Shown: one piece after another, positions 36,201 through 49,237 of the stretch
Layout of the letters: each line of letters begins with the position of its first letter
How positions within the stretch are numbered: the first letter of the stretch is position 1
Source of the DNA: Heptranchias perlo
Taxonomy: Eukaryota
Direction of reading: 5' to 3'
Length of the DNA: 64,000 nucleotides
Assembly (NCBI RefSeq): GCF_035084215.1
Contig: NC_090366.1
Span: 10,354,001 to 10,418,000, forward strand
Notes under the pieces: model-generated
The model's database searches: none
What the model was told of the DNA's origin: nothing
The model's input: the letters and a program-made list of their open reading frames with translations, nothing else
Translations under genes and position numbers: made by a program

Positions 36201-39197
36201 GAGAACCGGAACTTTCATTGACAATTTCTGTTCCATCTTTAATATCCCATGGAAGAGGAAGGGACCCATTGCAATCAATCCACCTCATTTGCAGTTTGCC
36301 ATAGGGGCAGCTGTGGGTGATCGAACACATCGGTCGAGCTGCTTTCCCCAAAGTCAGTTGCCCATAACCTGAAACCTGTGGCTTATCTGGACATGAAGAT
36401 CTGTTGGTTTTTGTATTAGGCGGACGACCCCCAACGCCAGTTTTACGTTTCAGTCAACAAGTTGAAAGTCTATCATCATGTGAACACTTAGCAATAAGTT
36501 AGAAAGGTGGTTGAAGGGAATGGCAATCAAGGGATATGGGAACAGGCCAGGCACAGGCGATTAGGAGTGTTGCTCATGTGAAGCATAAACAGCAACACGG
36601 ACTGGTTGGTCTGAACGGCCTGTTTTACTGCTACAATTTCCATGTATTTCTGTCTTTAGGATATGAAGCACTGCGTCGCTTATCCGTACCTCTGCACCCT
36701 GTTTTACAAATATCCTTTGAGTTTGGCTGGAGACATCACAAAATGTGCCCACTTTACACATTGGTTGATTAACAATTAAGCATTGGAATAAAATGTAGAA
36801 AAGGAACAAATGAAAAACTCACCTGAAACAAAAGGAAGACTTCAGAACGGCCAGTGATATATTTATTACTAAGCCAGCCCCGGTGGCCTTGCTTGCTGAA
36901 GTAATTTGTACCCTCATCACGCTTCCTGATATTCTTTATCAAACGGGAGCATTGTCCTTTCTCAAGGTTACCCTTGAACTCCGCTCTCCCACCATAGTTA
37001 TAACGCTGCCCATATGGATTTCTCAAGTCATAGAAAACGTTGTCCCCAGCGTTACGAGGATCACGGTTCCTCTTTAACCACTTCCCCTTTGGGATGAGGG
37101 TATAGACTAGATTATTAAACTTACACGGGATCTATGCACATGATCCCGACACTGCCGACACAATATTTAGGATCACCACAGAATATTGTGCACAACAAAC
37201 AACAGAAGAAAGAAAAAACATTAGTTCCTCTTTTACGTATCCATTCAAAACTCATTGTAACATTTTAATTATCAATTGACGTATTTGATAATTGATAAAT
37301 AATCGCCCATCACCATAGCAATTGAAACATCAGTTACATGCCCTTTAAAAATCAAGTAAAATACTAATTACATACCAATACTAATTACGCCATGCACTGC
37401 GTGTAATCGATTGGTACGGAATATGCTCTCACGGTATATCTAACATTTGCTAAAGAATCCTTAACACAGATACAGAATTACCCTCTCTCATACCAAATAC
37501 TGATTTAAATGTCCATTGATATACCGATTTGACAGCAATCTTAAGAAACGCTAATATACAAATGCAATTGTCATATTAACACCGAATACATATGCGCAAA
37601 ACAGAAAGTGAATGCCCAATAAGATTGTTATAAATATATATTTAATATTAACGATACTCACTCAACTTGTGAAACTCCACCAAATACTGGTGAGGTTGTC
37701 TGCCAGCACATCCTAGCCATGCACTGCGTGTGACCGACTGATACGGAATGTGCTTTCATGGTATATCTAACATTTGCTAAAGAATCCTTAACACAGATAG
37801 AGAATCTCTCTCTCTGTTAAACACACACACACCAAATGTACAGTTATTTATGAACATAATGTATTGGATCCTGCTACCAGAGAGCTCTGCCCCCGCTTGC
37901 AGACGCGTCTGACTCACATTTCACACATTTAGCTTTTTGCAGCTCATACGAGATGTATGTTGGAGACGTGTAACTGCCGTTAGTTTTGCTGCTGCAGATT
38001 TTAGACGTGTGGTTTCCTCACCTTCGTTAAATGGTGGTGCAATAGGAGATGTTTGTCAGTAAGCCGCTTGGCCCTGTGGTTCACAGCCATTCTTCCAAAT
38101 AACTTAACTATTTATATTCAGACTCCAGTTCTGCAAATGTACTGAAATTAATCAATACTGTGCTCAATTTGCTGCATTGCATTTTTCTCAATTTGCGCTT
38201 AGGCCTGGAATTTCTAAAATGGATTTGAGGTTTTTGTCGAGAATGCAAACGCCGTTGGAAAATACGTCGATATAATTCATTGAGTGGAAAAGGATGAATG
38301 GGAAGGATGCTTACTCTCACAGCTTGTGCACCACAACAAGTCTTCGTGACGATGACGGCTCGCATATTTACATATGCAATGTGAATCGACTGTTCCCTGA
38401 TAAGATGCTATGATATAGCCAATAGTTTCTATAGAATCCACAACACAAAAACAGCATCTCTCTCAGACAAACACACAGTTTGTTTCTACAACATAATGCA
38501 GTGAAGTCTGTGGCAAGAATACTCTGCCCACGCTTGCAGATGCCTCTGACTCAATTTTCACACATATTTAGCTATTTTGCAGGAAATATGCGTTGGTGTC
38601 GTCTCACTGCAATTAGTTTTGTTGCGACATTCTGTGGGCTTGTTGATTCCGTGCTATCTCTAGGTACATTCAGTAAACAGTTTTACAGTATGGCAACATC
38701 CATTCTGCTAAGTGACTTAAATATCTACACTCCCTTCCCAGCTGTATAAATTGCTCAAATTCATGAACATTTTATCCCATTTGCTGCAGTTACTTTTTCT
38801 CATTTTGGTGCTCGGTCTGGGACGTGTGAAATCGACTTCAAGGCGTGAAATTGAACTTCAGCCTTGGCCCAAAATAGGCGATAGCGAATCGAACTCCGTG
38901 TTGCCTCCCGCCATATTCCCATTTTCCAAAAGTTCAACGGGAAAATAATTGGGCGTGTTGCAAGACGAGCTGCAGATTCGCTATCGCCCGTTTTGCATTA
39001 TCGGCAAAGTCTAAGGTTTAGTATTAAATGCTGATGAAAAACGTATGGATAATATTAATTGAATGAACAAGTGTTGACAAATTGATCAGCGTGACGAAAT
39101 CCTGACTATCTGGTGTATCTCAAGCATTCCTTCAACTGGGGGTCCCTAGAAATAAACTGATGGGGGAACAGGACCAAACTATGTATCTTACATCAGA

Positions 39198-39390
39198 TTT
39201 CATAGAATTTACAGCACAGAAACAAGCCATTCGGCTGGTGATCATGCTCCACACGAGCCCTCGCCCACACAACTTAATCTCACCATATCAGCATGTCCTT
39301 CTATTCCTTTCTCCCTCATGTACCTATCTAGCTTTCCCTTAAATACATCTATGCTTTTTCCCTCAACCACTCCAGGTAAAGAAGTTTCAC
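39198..39390 (-). mobile_element. CR1 3' end fragment
   Basis: FKGKLDRYM motif and CR1 3' UTR. Confidence 0.65.
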
Positions 39391-40500
39391 CCGAATTACT
39401 TATTACGGTGACTTTTGCCAGAAAGTGCATGTTTATGTATGTTGGTGGAGGATAAAATTAGGCTTGTCTCTAATGCTTGTTGTGGTCCAATAGCAACAGC
39501 AGACAATTGACAGAAGGAAATGATTGGCGATTAATTCAACCCCTTTTTAAAAAAAAATCACACAAAATTTATCAATTACTTTCCCTGGACTTCCCATATC
39601 CATTGCTTCAGTCTACCTCCTCAAATAATTCCAGCAGATTCATGAGGATTGACCGACTGCTTTTGAATCCATGAGACTATCCCTTCTGCTTTTCAGATGA
39701 ATATTGATGGCCTCCCATGAAGTGATTTCGAGCGTTTCCTCCGCAACTGATGTTAGACGAACTGGTCTGTAATTCTCTGATTCATGTCTCACTGCTCCTT
39801 GAATATTCACTATCATCCAGTTATCAGCCAGCGAGAGCTCGTGGATTTATGGAGTTCCTAAGAATATTGCCAAGAGCCTTGACCATTTCCTCTAGGTCTC
39901 TAGGTCCAGATGCTCTGTAAACAGTTGTTTTTTCGTTTTCGTTCCAATTTTCTCTCCGAAACCTTCTTCTCCTGAAGGTTTTGACTCTTGGTGGGACACG
40001 GGTTCAATGATTCCAGCTGCCCCGAGCTACATTGCCCAATTGGTCTTCCTTCTTAGGGAGCCCATAAAGAATGAGTTTTAGCAAGCTATTCGACCATGAG
40101 GGGCATTACAGTTGAAGCCAACTTAACGCTCACAAACAAGCATCAGTGGCAGTCAGGAGAAGGTATGCCGACTGATATTTCCCCTCCCAAACCCAGGGGT
40201 GATGGTTCTAATTGTAACATGCCTACTGCCTTCCTGGTTTGAGATCTGTTAACTCAACACAAAGGCCTGTACATTGAATTCCACAGGCGAACAAACACAC
40301 CAAGCGAACTGTTGGGGCAGCATCAGATTACTTCACCTTAACTCGACACTGTCCGCAGGGAAATGTGTTGGGCAAACCTGTTTTTGGTTGGGAGGGATAA
40401 GAGCCCCGGATTTGTCGATCACAACGATGTCACACACAAGTATTCTGCCGGTGATGACATCATGTAGGTCACGACGATGTCACACACAAGTAATCTGTCG

Positions 40501-40890
40501 CTGTAGTCTCATTGAAACATATGAGGTAATGATTGGCCTTGACAGGATAGATGCTGAGAGATTGTATCCCCTTGCTATAGAATCTGGAACAACGGGGTCT
40601 TTGTCGCAGGATAAGGGGACGGCCATTCAAGACAGATGAGGTGGACTTTCTTCACGCAGAGGGTTGTGAATGTTTGGAATTCTACCCCAGGGGGCTGTGG
40701 ATTCTGAGTCATTGGGTATATTCAAGACTGAGATGGATAGATTTTTGGAATCTTGGGGAAATCAAAGGATATGGGGATCAGGTGCGAAAGTGAGGTTGAG
40801 GACGCAGATCAGCCATGATCTGATTGGATGGTGGAGCAGGCTCGAGGGGCCGGATGGCCTACTCCTGCCCCTATTTCTTATGTTCTTATG
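40501..40890 (+). mobile_element. CR1 3' fragment inside a ~47-bp minisatellite
   Basis: LIETYE..., FKTEMDRFL and TTCTTATG tail, flanked by ATGTCACACACAAGTA units. Confidence 0.8.
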
Positions 40891-41896
40891 ACATTATGTA
40901 CGTCGTAATGATGTCACACACAAGTAATGTGTCGCTATTTCTTCAAGTTGGGGATAAGAGGTCCCCATCTTTCTAAACAAAGTCGCCAGGGTCATTGGGC
41001 AGTTCAACTCCACCTTTTTCTTACCTAACTCGTTGTTTTTTGCGGGTTGACCGCCTCCAGGATGGAGCTTTCCAGTCATCGCTCAGCCTGGTTTTTCAAG
41101 GGGGTTGGACATAATTTGTGAAGTGTTTTTTTTCATGGCCTCTAAAAATCAGGAATTCTTTCCCTTAATCTAACTGCAGGAGTTTCAGTTCATTGGATAA
41201 CATGAATGGTATACTTGATCTCTTTCATTGCAAAGCCGTTCTTCTCTCTCTACCTCAAAGCCTCTCTCTTCTCCGGTAATATTTCTCATAATCTAACATC
41301 TATACTCAAGGCTCCCGAGCTTTAGCAGCGACTGGACCCAAACATTCACGTAGGTAAGAATAGCCACGATTTTGCAAAACTTGCTGTGAGGAAGTAAGTC
41401 ATTCTAATAACTTTTTCTTGCGTTCCATGGATCCATGTTATGATACTGACCTCTACCGTCCAACTGTCAAACTTATACAACTGACCTTCCACAGCACGCC
41501 TGCAACATCAGTCCGTTAATTTCCATTAACAAACGACTGTAACTCACGTCGCTAACATGGTTACCTCTCTGCACCACTCGAAGCTTCCATAAACTCTGCA
41601 TAAGTGTTGAAGCCGTTTTCACCAACACCAACAGGCAACGCTCTTTTGCATGGAAAATTCATGCACCAGCAACTTGTCAGGTTGATGCCATTTATTGCCC
41701 TGTTCTTGCTGCATTCCGTAATCCGGTTAAGTCATTGCAATAGCTGTTGCAATCTGCTCTGCAAACCCTTCAGTCTGCTCATTTGTAGGAGTTTCTGGCT
41801 TTATGAGTTTTTTTTGTTTTTACTTTCCTTTCAATTTCAATAGTTAGGAGCTGACAAGGAGCGCGTGGTAGCTATTTAACTAATTGTGATGTGACG

Positions 41897-42440
41897 TGAT
41901 AAATCATTGGTCTGGCCTCAGCTGGAGTATTGTGTCCAATTCTGGGCGCCACACTTTCGTATGGGTTTCAAGGCCTTGGAGAGGGTGCAGCGGAGATTTA
42001 CAAGAGTGGTATCACGGGTAAGGAACTTCGGTTATGTCGGGAGACTAGAGAAGCTGGACTTGTTCTCCTTAGAGCAAAGGAGGTTTTAATAGTGTTGTTC
42101 AAAATTATGAGGGGGTTCTCATCGAGTAAATAAGGAGAAACTCTTTCCACTGGCAGTAGAGTCCGAAATCAGAGAACACAGAAGTAACGCAATTAACAAA
42201 AGAGCCAGAGGTGAGATGGTGAGAATGTATTTTAATGCAGCGGGTTATTATAATCTGGAATGCACTTGAATCGTAACTTTCAAAAGGAAATTGAATAAAT
42301 AATTGAAGGGGAGAAAATTGCATGGCTATGGGGAAATAGCAGGGGAATGGGACTAACTGGATATATCTTTCAAAGATTCGTCACAGGCACGGTGGGTCGA
42401 ATGGGCTCCTAATGCGCTGTAAGATTATATGATTCTATCA
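41897..42440 (+). mobile_element. CR1 3' fragment
   Basis: [15 protein letters not shown]...LEQRR and 3' UTR. Confidence 0.82.
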
Positions 42441-45135
42441 TTCGGTGATTCAATGTGATGTGATGTGTGATGTGATAATATAGTGTGGTGTGATATGTTG
42501 TGATTTGAAATGATCAATGACGTGCAGCCTATTAATCTGGTGGATCCGTTTCGACATCTCCCACTCTCATTGTGCTCACCAATTCGAGACGATGAGCAAA
42601 ATAATATTAATCTACGTGCTGCACGTCAGAATGTGAAATGCATGATGAAAATGCACTGAAGAATGGGTCCTTGTCATGGTCAGTCATGCTCACATCTGAC
42701 TTGACATATCAAAGGGATGCTGGAATGGCTTTAGGGTGTCCTTAAGCAGAGACAACCATTCATGAACAAAAGTTAGCTATCGACATAGGTGACCCTGCCT
42801 TTGTATTTAGAACAGTCTTTGGGTGAGAGGCGCTCCAGCACAACACATGTATTCTCTAAGTCAGGCAATGCACAGTTGATCTCTACAGTACAGCAATTGA
42901 ATTCTGCTCAGTTAATCTTCTATGTGAGCGTCTTTATTTCTGGTGTCCGAATTCGCTGATTACACAAACAAAAACTAGCGTAGTCACTATGAGGCAAACA
43001 TAGCAACCCATGCAAAAAGCATAATCTAATGGGTACAGTTCTTCGATGCCGTGTGTTTAATTAAAACACATTGCTCAACGTGCTCAGGCCGAATCGATTT
43101 CTGTTTATGATGTGATCACATCGCAATTGAACAGACGATTTTGCTGCACAAACGAACAGCGTTCGTGCCCCATAAAATAGATCATTACAGTTATCAAGCA
43201 GAAGAACTTCATCTCACTGCTGTCACTCTGCTTTCAGAAGGACATTGTTGCTTTTGATTGCAACATTCGTGTTGCGACGATACTGGGATTGCATGTACTG
43301 GCAGCCGCACTGACCCCACCTGTGTGCAGGTACTTCAGTCAATTGGGATGTAATCGAGACCTTTTCTGTGCGACCTCCACTACCATATAAACTACACTGG
43401 TCGCCTACAGTGAGCAGTGTGGTGCAGATTTAATTCAATCCTTCTTTTGGCACCTGAATCTGTAATTAAAGCAGAGGTGATGTTAGAATGTGGCTAGATT
43501 GCATCCAGTTGTCTGATATTTTCAAGCAAGTTAATTTTCTGATCACAGAACTTTGAAGCAGAAATACCCGGTCATTTGGCCCATTGAGTCTGTGCCGGTT
43601 TATGTCATGTGTACAACAGCAACACCATCCCCGCCCCCACCCCCCTACCCCCAACCCCACCACACATACACCTTGGTGTCAACCTTAGCCTTGAATTTTA
43701 CCAAGTCTCAACTAAGCCTAGTTAACTCAGATGTGTTGGGGCGAGGGATAGTGTGAACTCAGTGTCAGCCAACTGTAAACTGTATAATAATACATTTTTC
43801 AGTAATTTTATTAGGAAATGTTTATGCTTTAACATCATGGATGTATTATAATAAAAAAACTATTTGGAACTGTATGCTCTTCAGCCTTCAAATCTATGAA
43901 TAAGCCAATAATTAAGTCTGTTTGGCTGTCTTATGAAATCGACCTTCACCTTGGCCTTTTTATTTAAGTCCATATGCATTGAAATGCAAGGCGCCACATG
44001 AACAATCACACATATAGCCTTTGCAAATGTGCTAAAGTATTATTATTTCCACAAGACGATATCTGGTTTTTGAAAAGATGTATACACAAATCGTCCTATG
44101 TAATTAACTTCGAGGGTTTGATGACGAAATTAGATGGTGAATTCCATGGTATCCTGTCAAAGTGCAGCTTTATATCCAATGCTGTTCCCTTCTATGCGAT
44201 GATTAAAGCATTAATTATTGTTGGACCCTGATTCCATAGCCACCGATTGTCCACTATGTATAGCTCAAATAGCCTAAATTCAAGTTCCAAACAAGACAAT
44301 TTGGAGGGACATTTCACTGAGAAGTCGAATTGTGCTGCCAAACAATATATACAAACAAATACACGAAGCCACGCAATTTGCTGCAGATCGCAATGAATAC
44401 AAATCAGGAATAAGAAGTCTGGCTGAATTTTTGCCCCTCTTTTGAGAGAAACCTGGGCAATAATAATAACCCCCCATTCACCCTGGCTGAGATGAAGAAA
44501 CCAGGATAGACGAGGAAACGATTTTCGGAATTCCCTAACATGTGATATATATTTTTTATTCCATTGTAAAGAAAAGCACCCCACCATAAATTAGTATCTC
44601 AATCCGTTTGTTCAAATGACTGGGGGCAATTAACGATATGAAGTTAATGCAAAGAAAAATCGGGAAAGGTTTATGACGGGCAGCGGATCCGGTAACTTAC
44701 GTTTTACACTATCGCCAAAAGTTATCCCCATGCTTGTTGTCACAGCCAAAGGATCCCTGACATACACTTGAAGGAAGTCTCAAGTGAGATAATTAGGTAA
44801 CATAATTACTGATGTTATTTAGTGACTTGTTCAAATTGGAACAGATGTTTTCATTCATCTTATTTTCAATTCAAGTAGATACATTTCGATGATTAAATAC
44901 ACAATCAAAATTTATTAAAGCATTGTTCGTGAGCTAGTCAGAGCGGGAAAGGTCATGGTTTAATTCCACCTTGTACTGAGATCGTTGATCTCGGCCAGTT
45001 GCGCTTATATGTTAGCAGAGCACTATGGTGGAATGCTCCTTGTACTTCGGTTGACATTCCTCCAGCAACTAATACCAAGTAAATAAAGGAGCACATTGTT
45101 CAACAGATTATTTCATTGCAACTTAGATACTTTAA

Positions 45136-45330
45136 CATAAGAACATAAGAACATAAGAAATAGGAGCAGGAGGAGGCCAATCGGCCCCTCGAGCCTGCTC
45201 CGCCATTCAATAAGATCATGGCTGATCTGATCCTCACCTCAAATCTAAATTCATGTCCAATTTCCTGCCCGCTCCCCGTAACCACTAATTCCCTTTACTT
45301 CCAGGAAACTGTCTATTTCTGTTTTAAATT
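45136..45330 (-). mobile_element. Very young CR1 3' end
   Basis: (CATAAGAA)3 tail; nearly identical to 434-620. Confidence 0.85.
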
Positions 45331-45954
45331 TAACCTGCCATGGTTGCCTGATTTCCACAGTTATTACTAGTTAAGGCATGTGCCAGTCGAGAAATAAGCA
45401 TCATTCCGGGACTGCCCGGATTAGCCATCTTTTTGCCAACGGAAATCCTATTGAATCAGTTCATCCCCCAGAATGAGGAGGTCATTTCAATTATCGTTAA
45501 CAAGAAGGAAGTGACGAGAATAAAACCACCATTTGTAAAGATGGAATCTGCGGTGATTACTTTCAAAGCAAATGTATGGTCCATTCGCTCTAACGATTAC
45601 AGATAGTTGTTTCATTCATTTAAAGCAGCAGACAAAATCACAGATTTTTAAGGAACAATATGATAAGCCCCTTTTTAAATGGGGGCGGGTGAAGCTGGTC
45701 TTCCAGGAAAGCGCAAAGGGGCAACAGCCAATCGGCAGGGCACCTTACATCACGCCCAATTTTACTTTCCATTGAAGTCAAATCAAATGAAAAGAAACGA
45801 TGGGTCGCAGTGTAAAACTGCCTAACGATTCGCTGTCGCCCGTTTTGCGCCTTTGCGGAAGATCAACTTCGGCGTCAGTACACTGAGTGAGGCAACAGTT
45901 AAATAACGGCCTGTTCATGTCAAAAGTATGAGAATCATATATATAGCTGAAGAA

Positions 45955-46510
45955 CAACGACAACAATGGCAATTTGCATTTACATAGCGCCTAAGGCGCT
46001 TCACAGGAGCGATTATCAAACAAAATTTGACAACAAGCCACATATTAGGACAGGTGACCAACAAGATGGTCAAAGTAGCAGGTTTTAAGGAACGTTGCAT
46101 AGAAGAATACAGAGGTGGAAAGGCGGAGAGTTTTAGTGAAGTGGAGGGGGGGATTTCGTGAGCTTAGCTCCTAGACGGCTGAAGGCATGGCCGGCAATAG
46201 TGAGGGGATGAAAATCGGCGATGTGTAAGAGACTAGTATTGGTGGAACGCACAGTTACTTGGGGTTTGACGGGATAGAAGAGGTTCCCGAGATTGGGAGG
46301 GGCGAGGCCAGGGAGGGATTTGAACACAAGGATGAGCATTTTTAAATCAAGGTATTGCTGCACTGGGACCGAGTGAAGGTTTACGAGCACGGGGGTGATG
46401 AGTGAAATGGTCTTGGTGCGAGTTAGGACACGGGTAGCAGAGCTTTGGATGAGCTCAAGTTTACGGAGGATGCAAGATGGGAGGCCGGCCAGGAGAACAC
46501 TGGAATAGTC
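45955..46510 (-). mobile_element. L2 LINE 3' fragment
   Basis: ORF 46133-46576 has L2 C-terminal motifs (DYSSVLLAGLP, LELIQ..ATRVL, ITPVL..LH, AFSRLG) and a (TTG)n-like tail. Confidence 0.85.
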
Positions 46511-46891
46511 ATAAAACATATTTTTATTTGAATTGAGCGGACAAACGTTGCCCTGAAACCAACTACCTTCGAACAAATAACATGGGGTTGCAATATTTGT
46601 GGTCAGTTAAACTGGGACATGAATTGGGACAATGAACCTGATGTCAAACCTCACATGTAAGGGGAACAAGTTACTGCAATCAGCAGTAAAGATATTTCTA
46701 TCATTATCCCATATAGATAATCAACCAAATATTCAATTGTGATCTATGCTAAAAAGGAACTATGTGCAGGCGTGAAAAAGAGACAATGGAATGGACGGAT
46801 GAAACAAAAGAGTGAGAACGAATAACTAATTGTCAGCCCGTTTCACACGCTGCCTGATTCTCTTCTTCATTCACTTCAATGCCGTTATTTT

Positions 46892-48895
46892 TCAGGGTTT
46901 AAATAATTTAACAATTCGTGTGAATGGATATATCACGATGTTTTTCATCTCCTCTCTGAATTTGGCCTGGATGACTGCGTAAATACAAGTATTGGTGGAA
47001 CAACTCAAAAGGAGAAGCATATATCCGGCTTCTTGAAAGATAAAAATAGGGTTGGATGATGTGTAAAAATAAGTGTTCGTAATTCGAGCAAAGATAAAAT
47101 GTGCGACGAATGTCAACCACAAGAGGATTAGATTGCCGGATATAGCAAGAAGTAAAATGATGGATTGTCTTCTGTTTTCTATTTCAGGATCATCGCCATT
47201 TTCAGAACTTTTCTTGCCTCGGAGTGCCCTTCGGATTCTATTGGAGATCAAAATATGTCTTACAGTAAATACATTGAAGAGTAAAATCAAAAATATTGGA
47301 ATAAAAGGGGTACCGATAAGGTTAACCAAAGCAAATGCTATCCATGGGGGTGACGTATAGAAGTTAGATTTGAAGTTGCAGTACCAGGGAACATTGTTAA
47401 CTAGATAGGCAGGTTTAAGGGAAAAGTACCAGGGGATGTTTCGTAAAATGATCACCGTAAATACTAATCCAATAACCACAGCTGCCGTTCTCTCGGTGCA
47501 ATATTTGGTTTTCAGCTTTTGACAACAAATGGCGACAGAGCGATCAAAGGTGAAAGCCACCGTTAGCCAAACAGAACTGTCTTTGGCGGCATAAAGTAGG
47601 ACAGTCTTGAGACTGCACACCGGAGTGATGGACAGGAAGCTGGCAGGAAAATAAACGGCAATGATCCGATTCAATATCACACTAGTGAGAACGACCAACA
47701 GATCCGCTACAGCCATGGCCACCAGGTAGTAAGTGATGCATTTGGAGAGACCGCACTTGCCCCGGCACAGGATTACAATCGCCACTGCATTCGCTGAAAA
47801 GAGAGAAAGTATAGTGAAATTAATGGGCAGACATGCCAATGGAAATGATTCCAAAGGTTATCATCAGTTTTGCACTATTGCACAAAGTCAAAACTACTCC
47901 CATTACCTCTTGACTGTGCGATAGTGGAAGACGGTTGATGGTGAGTGGGCAGCAGGTTTTACATCACGTTTTATTCTATCGCAAGAAGTCACGATCCACC
48001 CCATTGAAACACTAAACCCGTTGCAAATGAACATGTTCTCATTTTAAGGGGAAAAACATGCATATCCAGTATTTAAAGTTTGAAAAGATATTGATTGTAA
48101 AACCCGCTCTGTTTCGTAAATAAGGTAAGAAAGAATTACACATATTACTGTAAACAGAATCAGTTATTGAGTTATTTCGCTATTGGCAGAAACCGCAGAC
48201 GCTAGGGCAGGAAACACAAATCTCCCTACCCATGAAAAGTAAATACTTCATAAAATATTATTTGGAAGCAACGAAAAAATAAAGGCATCTCTATAAAACA
48301 TAAAAATATCTGATTTGCAACATACACAAGAGAATTCTTAATCGGTTTCCTAAGCTATTGTCCTGAAAATATGATTTCTCGTCTTTTGTTCATCGACAAG
48401 GGTCAGGTAATATGTTCTCTATTGGACTGACGAGCAACGTCAATAGAATAATATATTGGCGACAAATTTAAAGTTAGGATAATTATCGCTTGAACCGCTT
48501 CTACTGATGAGTTTACTCTGCAGGAAAGATATCAACTCACTGGTGTTGCATTCATGAATCGGCAGGAAGAAAATTAAACACCATAGGCACATAGGGACAG
48601 AAGTCGGCTATTCTGCCCCTCGAGCCTATTCCGCCATTTTATTACACCATGGCTGACCGACATCTTAACTCCATCTACCCGCTCGGTTCCGTAACCATGT
48701 AGCCTCAGCGTTTTGAGGGAATGAGTTCATTTTCCACCACCCGTTGTCGTCAAGAAGTATTGTGTGACATCATCCCTTCCTTACCAATTTGGGTGAGGAA
48801 CAAAGTGAGAACATTAATGACTTACCCGGAACACCAACAGCACCAAGAATTAGATAGTAGATCGTATACACTTGGCCACTTACTGGCTCATGCAT
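46892..48895 (-). CDS. GPR139-like class A GPCR, copy 2 (2 exons: 48895-48826, 47793-46892; 323 aa)
   Basis: Exon 1 MHEPVSGQVYTIYYLILGAVGVP ends at G|gtaagt; acceptor ttttcag| at 47793. Open 7TM frame paralogous to copy 1. Confidence 0.88.
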
Positions 48896-49237
48896 TTTCT
48901 GCCAGAAGCGAGAATATCTGTTCGTGCTGAAGACAAGGACTCCGGCACATACAATGTGATAGAGTCAGTGGATCCTTTATATGAGCTGCAGAGAATCCTC
49001 CCCCCTTCCTCCCCCCGGTACAACTATTGGGTAACTGCATTGCTTGTTAGTTACAGTCATTTGAACAAACAACCTGAGGCAGGTGGGTTCGTTCTAATTA
49101 CTTGAAATTACTTTGAAATTAATTAATTAATTTAAATACCTGGTGAAAGTTTGTAAATCCATGGTCTATGAGCTACTCAGACCAAGGTCTCAGGTTTGAT
49201 TCCCGCTTGATGTTGAATTTGCAACTATCTTCAGCCA

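Larger units (their letters stand above)
32440..37202 (-). pseudogene. Siglec-like gene B pseudogene (V 37202-36823, C2 36386-36075, C2 35449-35198, C2 34261-33978, tail-exon remnants 33347-33261 and ~32585-32440)
   Basis: Collinear with gene A. V exon has a mutated acceptor, a TAG and a frameshift. C2-1 has TAA; C2-2 has TGA and an AT donor; C2-3 has a frameshift. No leader or TM exon found. Confidence 0.85.

Noticed and set aside
29176-37202. Rearranging Ig/TCR V segments
   Set aside because: V exons end in GT splice donors, no RSS heptamer/nonamer was seen, and the cysteine pattern is Siglec-type.
40421-40935. Three ATGTCACACACAAGTA repeats as a CRISPR-like array or giant TSD
   Set aside because: Imperfect ~47-bp tandem units split by a CR1; eukaryotic context with no unique spacers.
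40894-41079. SYPQLEEIATHYLCVTS resembling a hAT dimerisation motif
   Set aside because: The HYLCVTS part derives from a local minisatellite unit; no ERxFS follow-on and no TIRs seen.
47794-47854. N-terminus MESFPLACLP... of the 320-aa ORF
   Set aside because: Intronic read-through; the true exon 1 is 48826-48895, matching copy 1.
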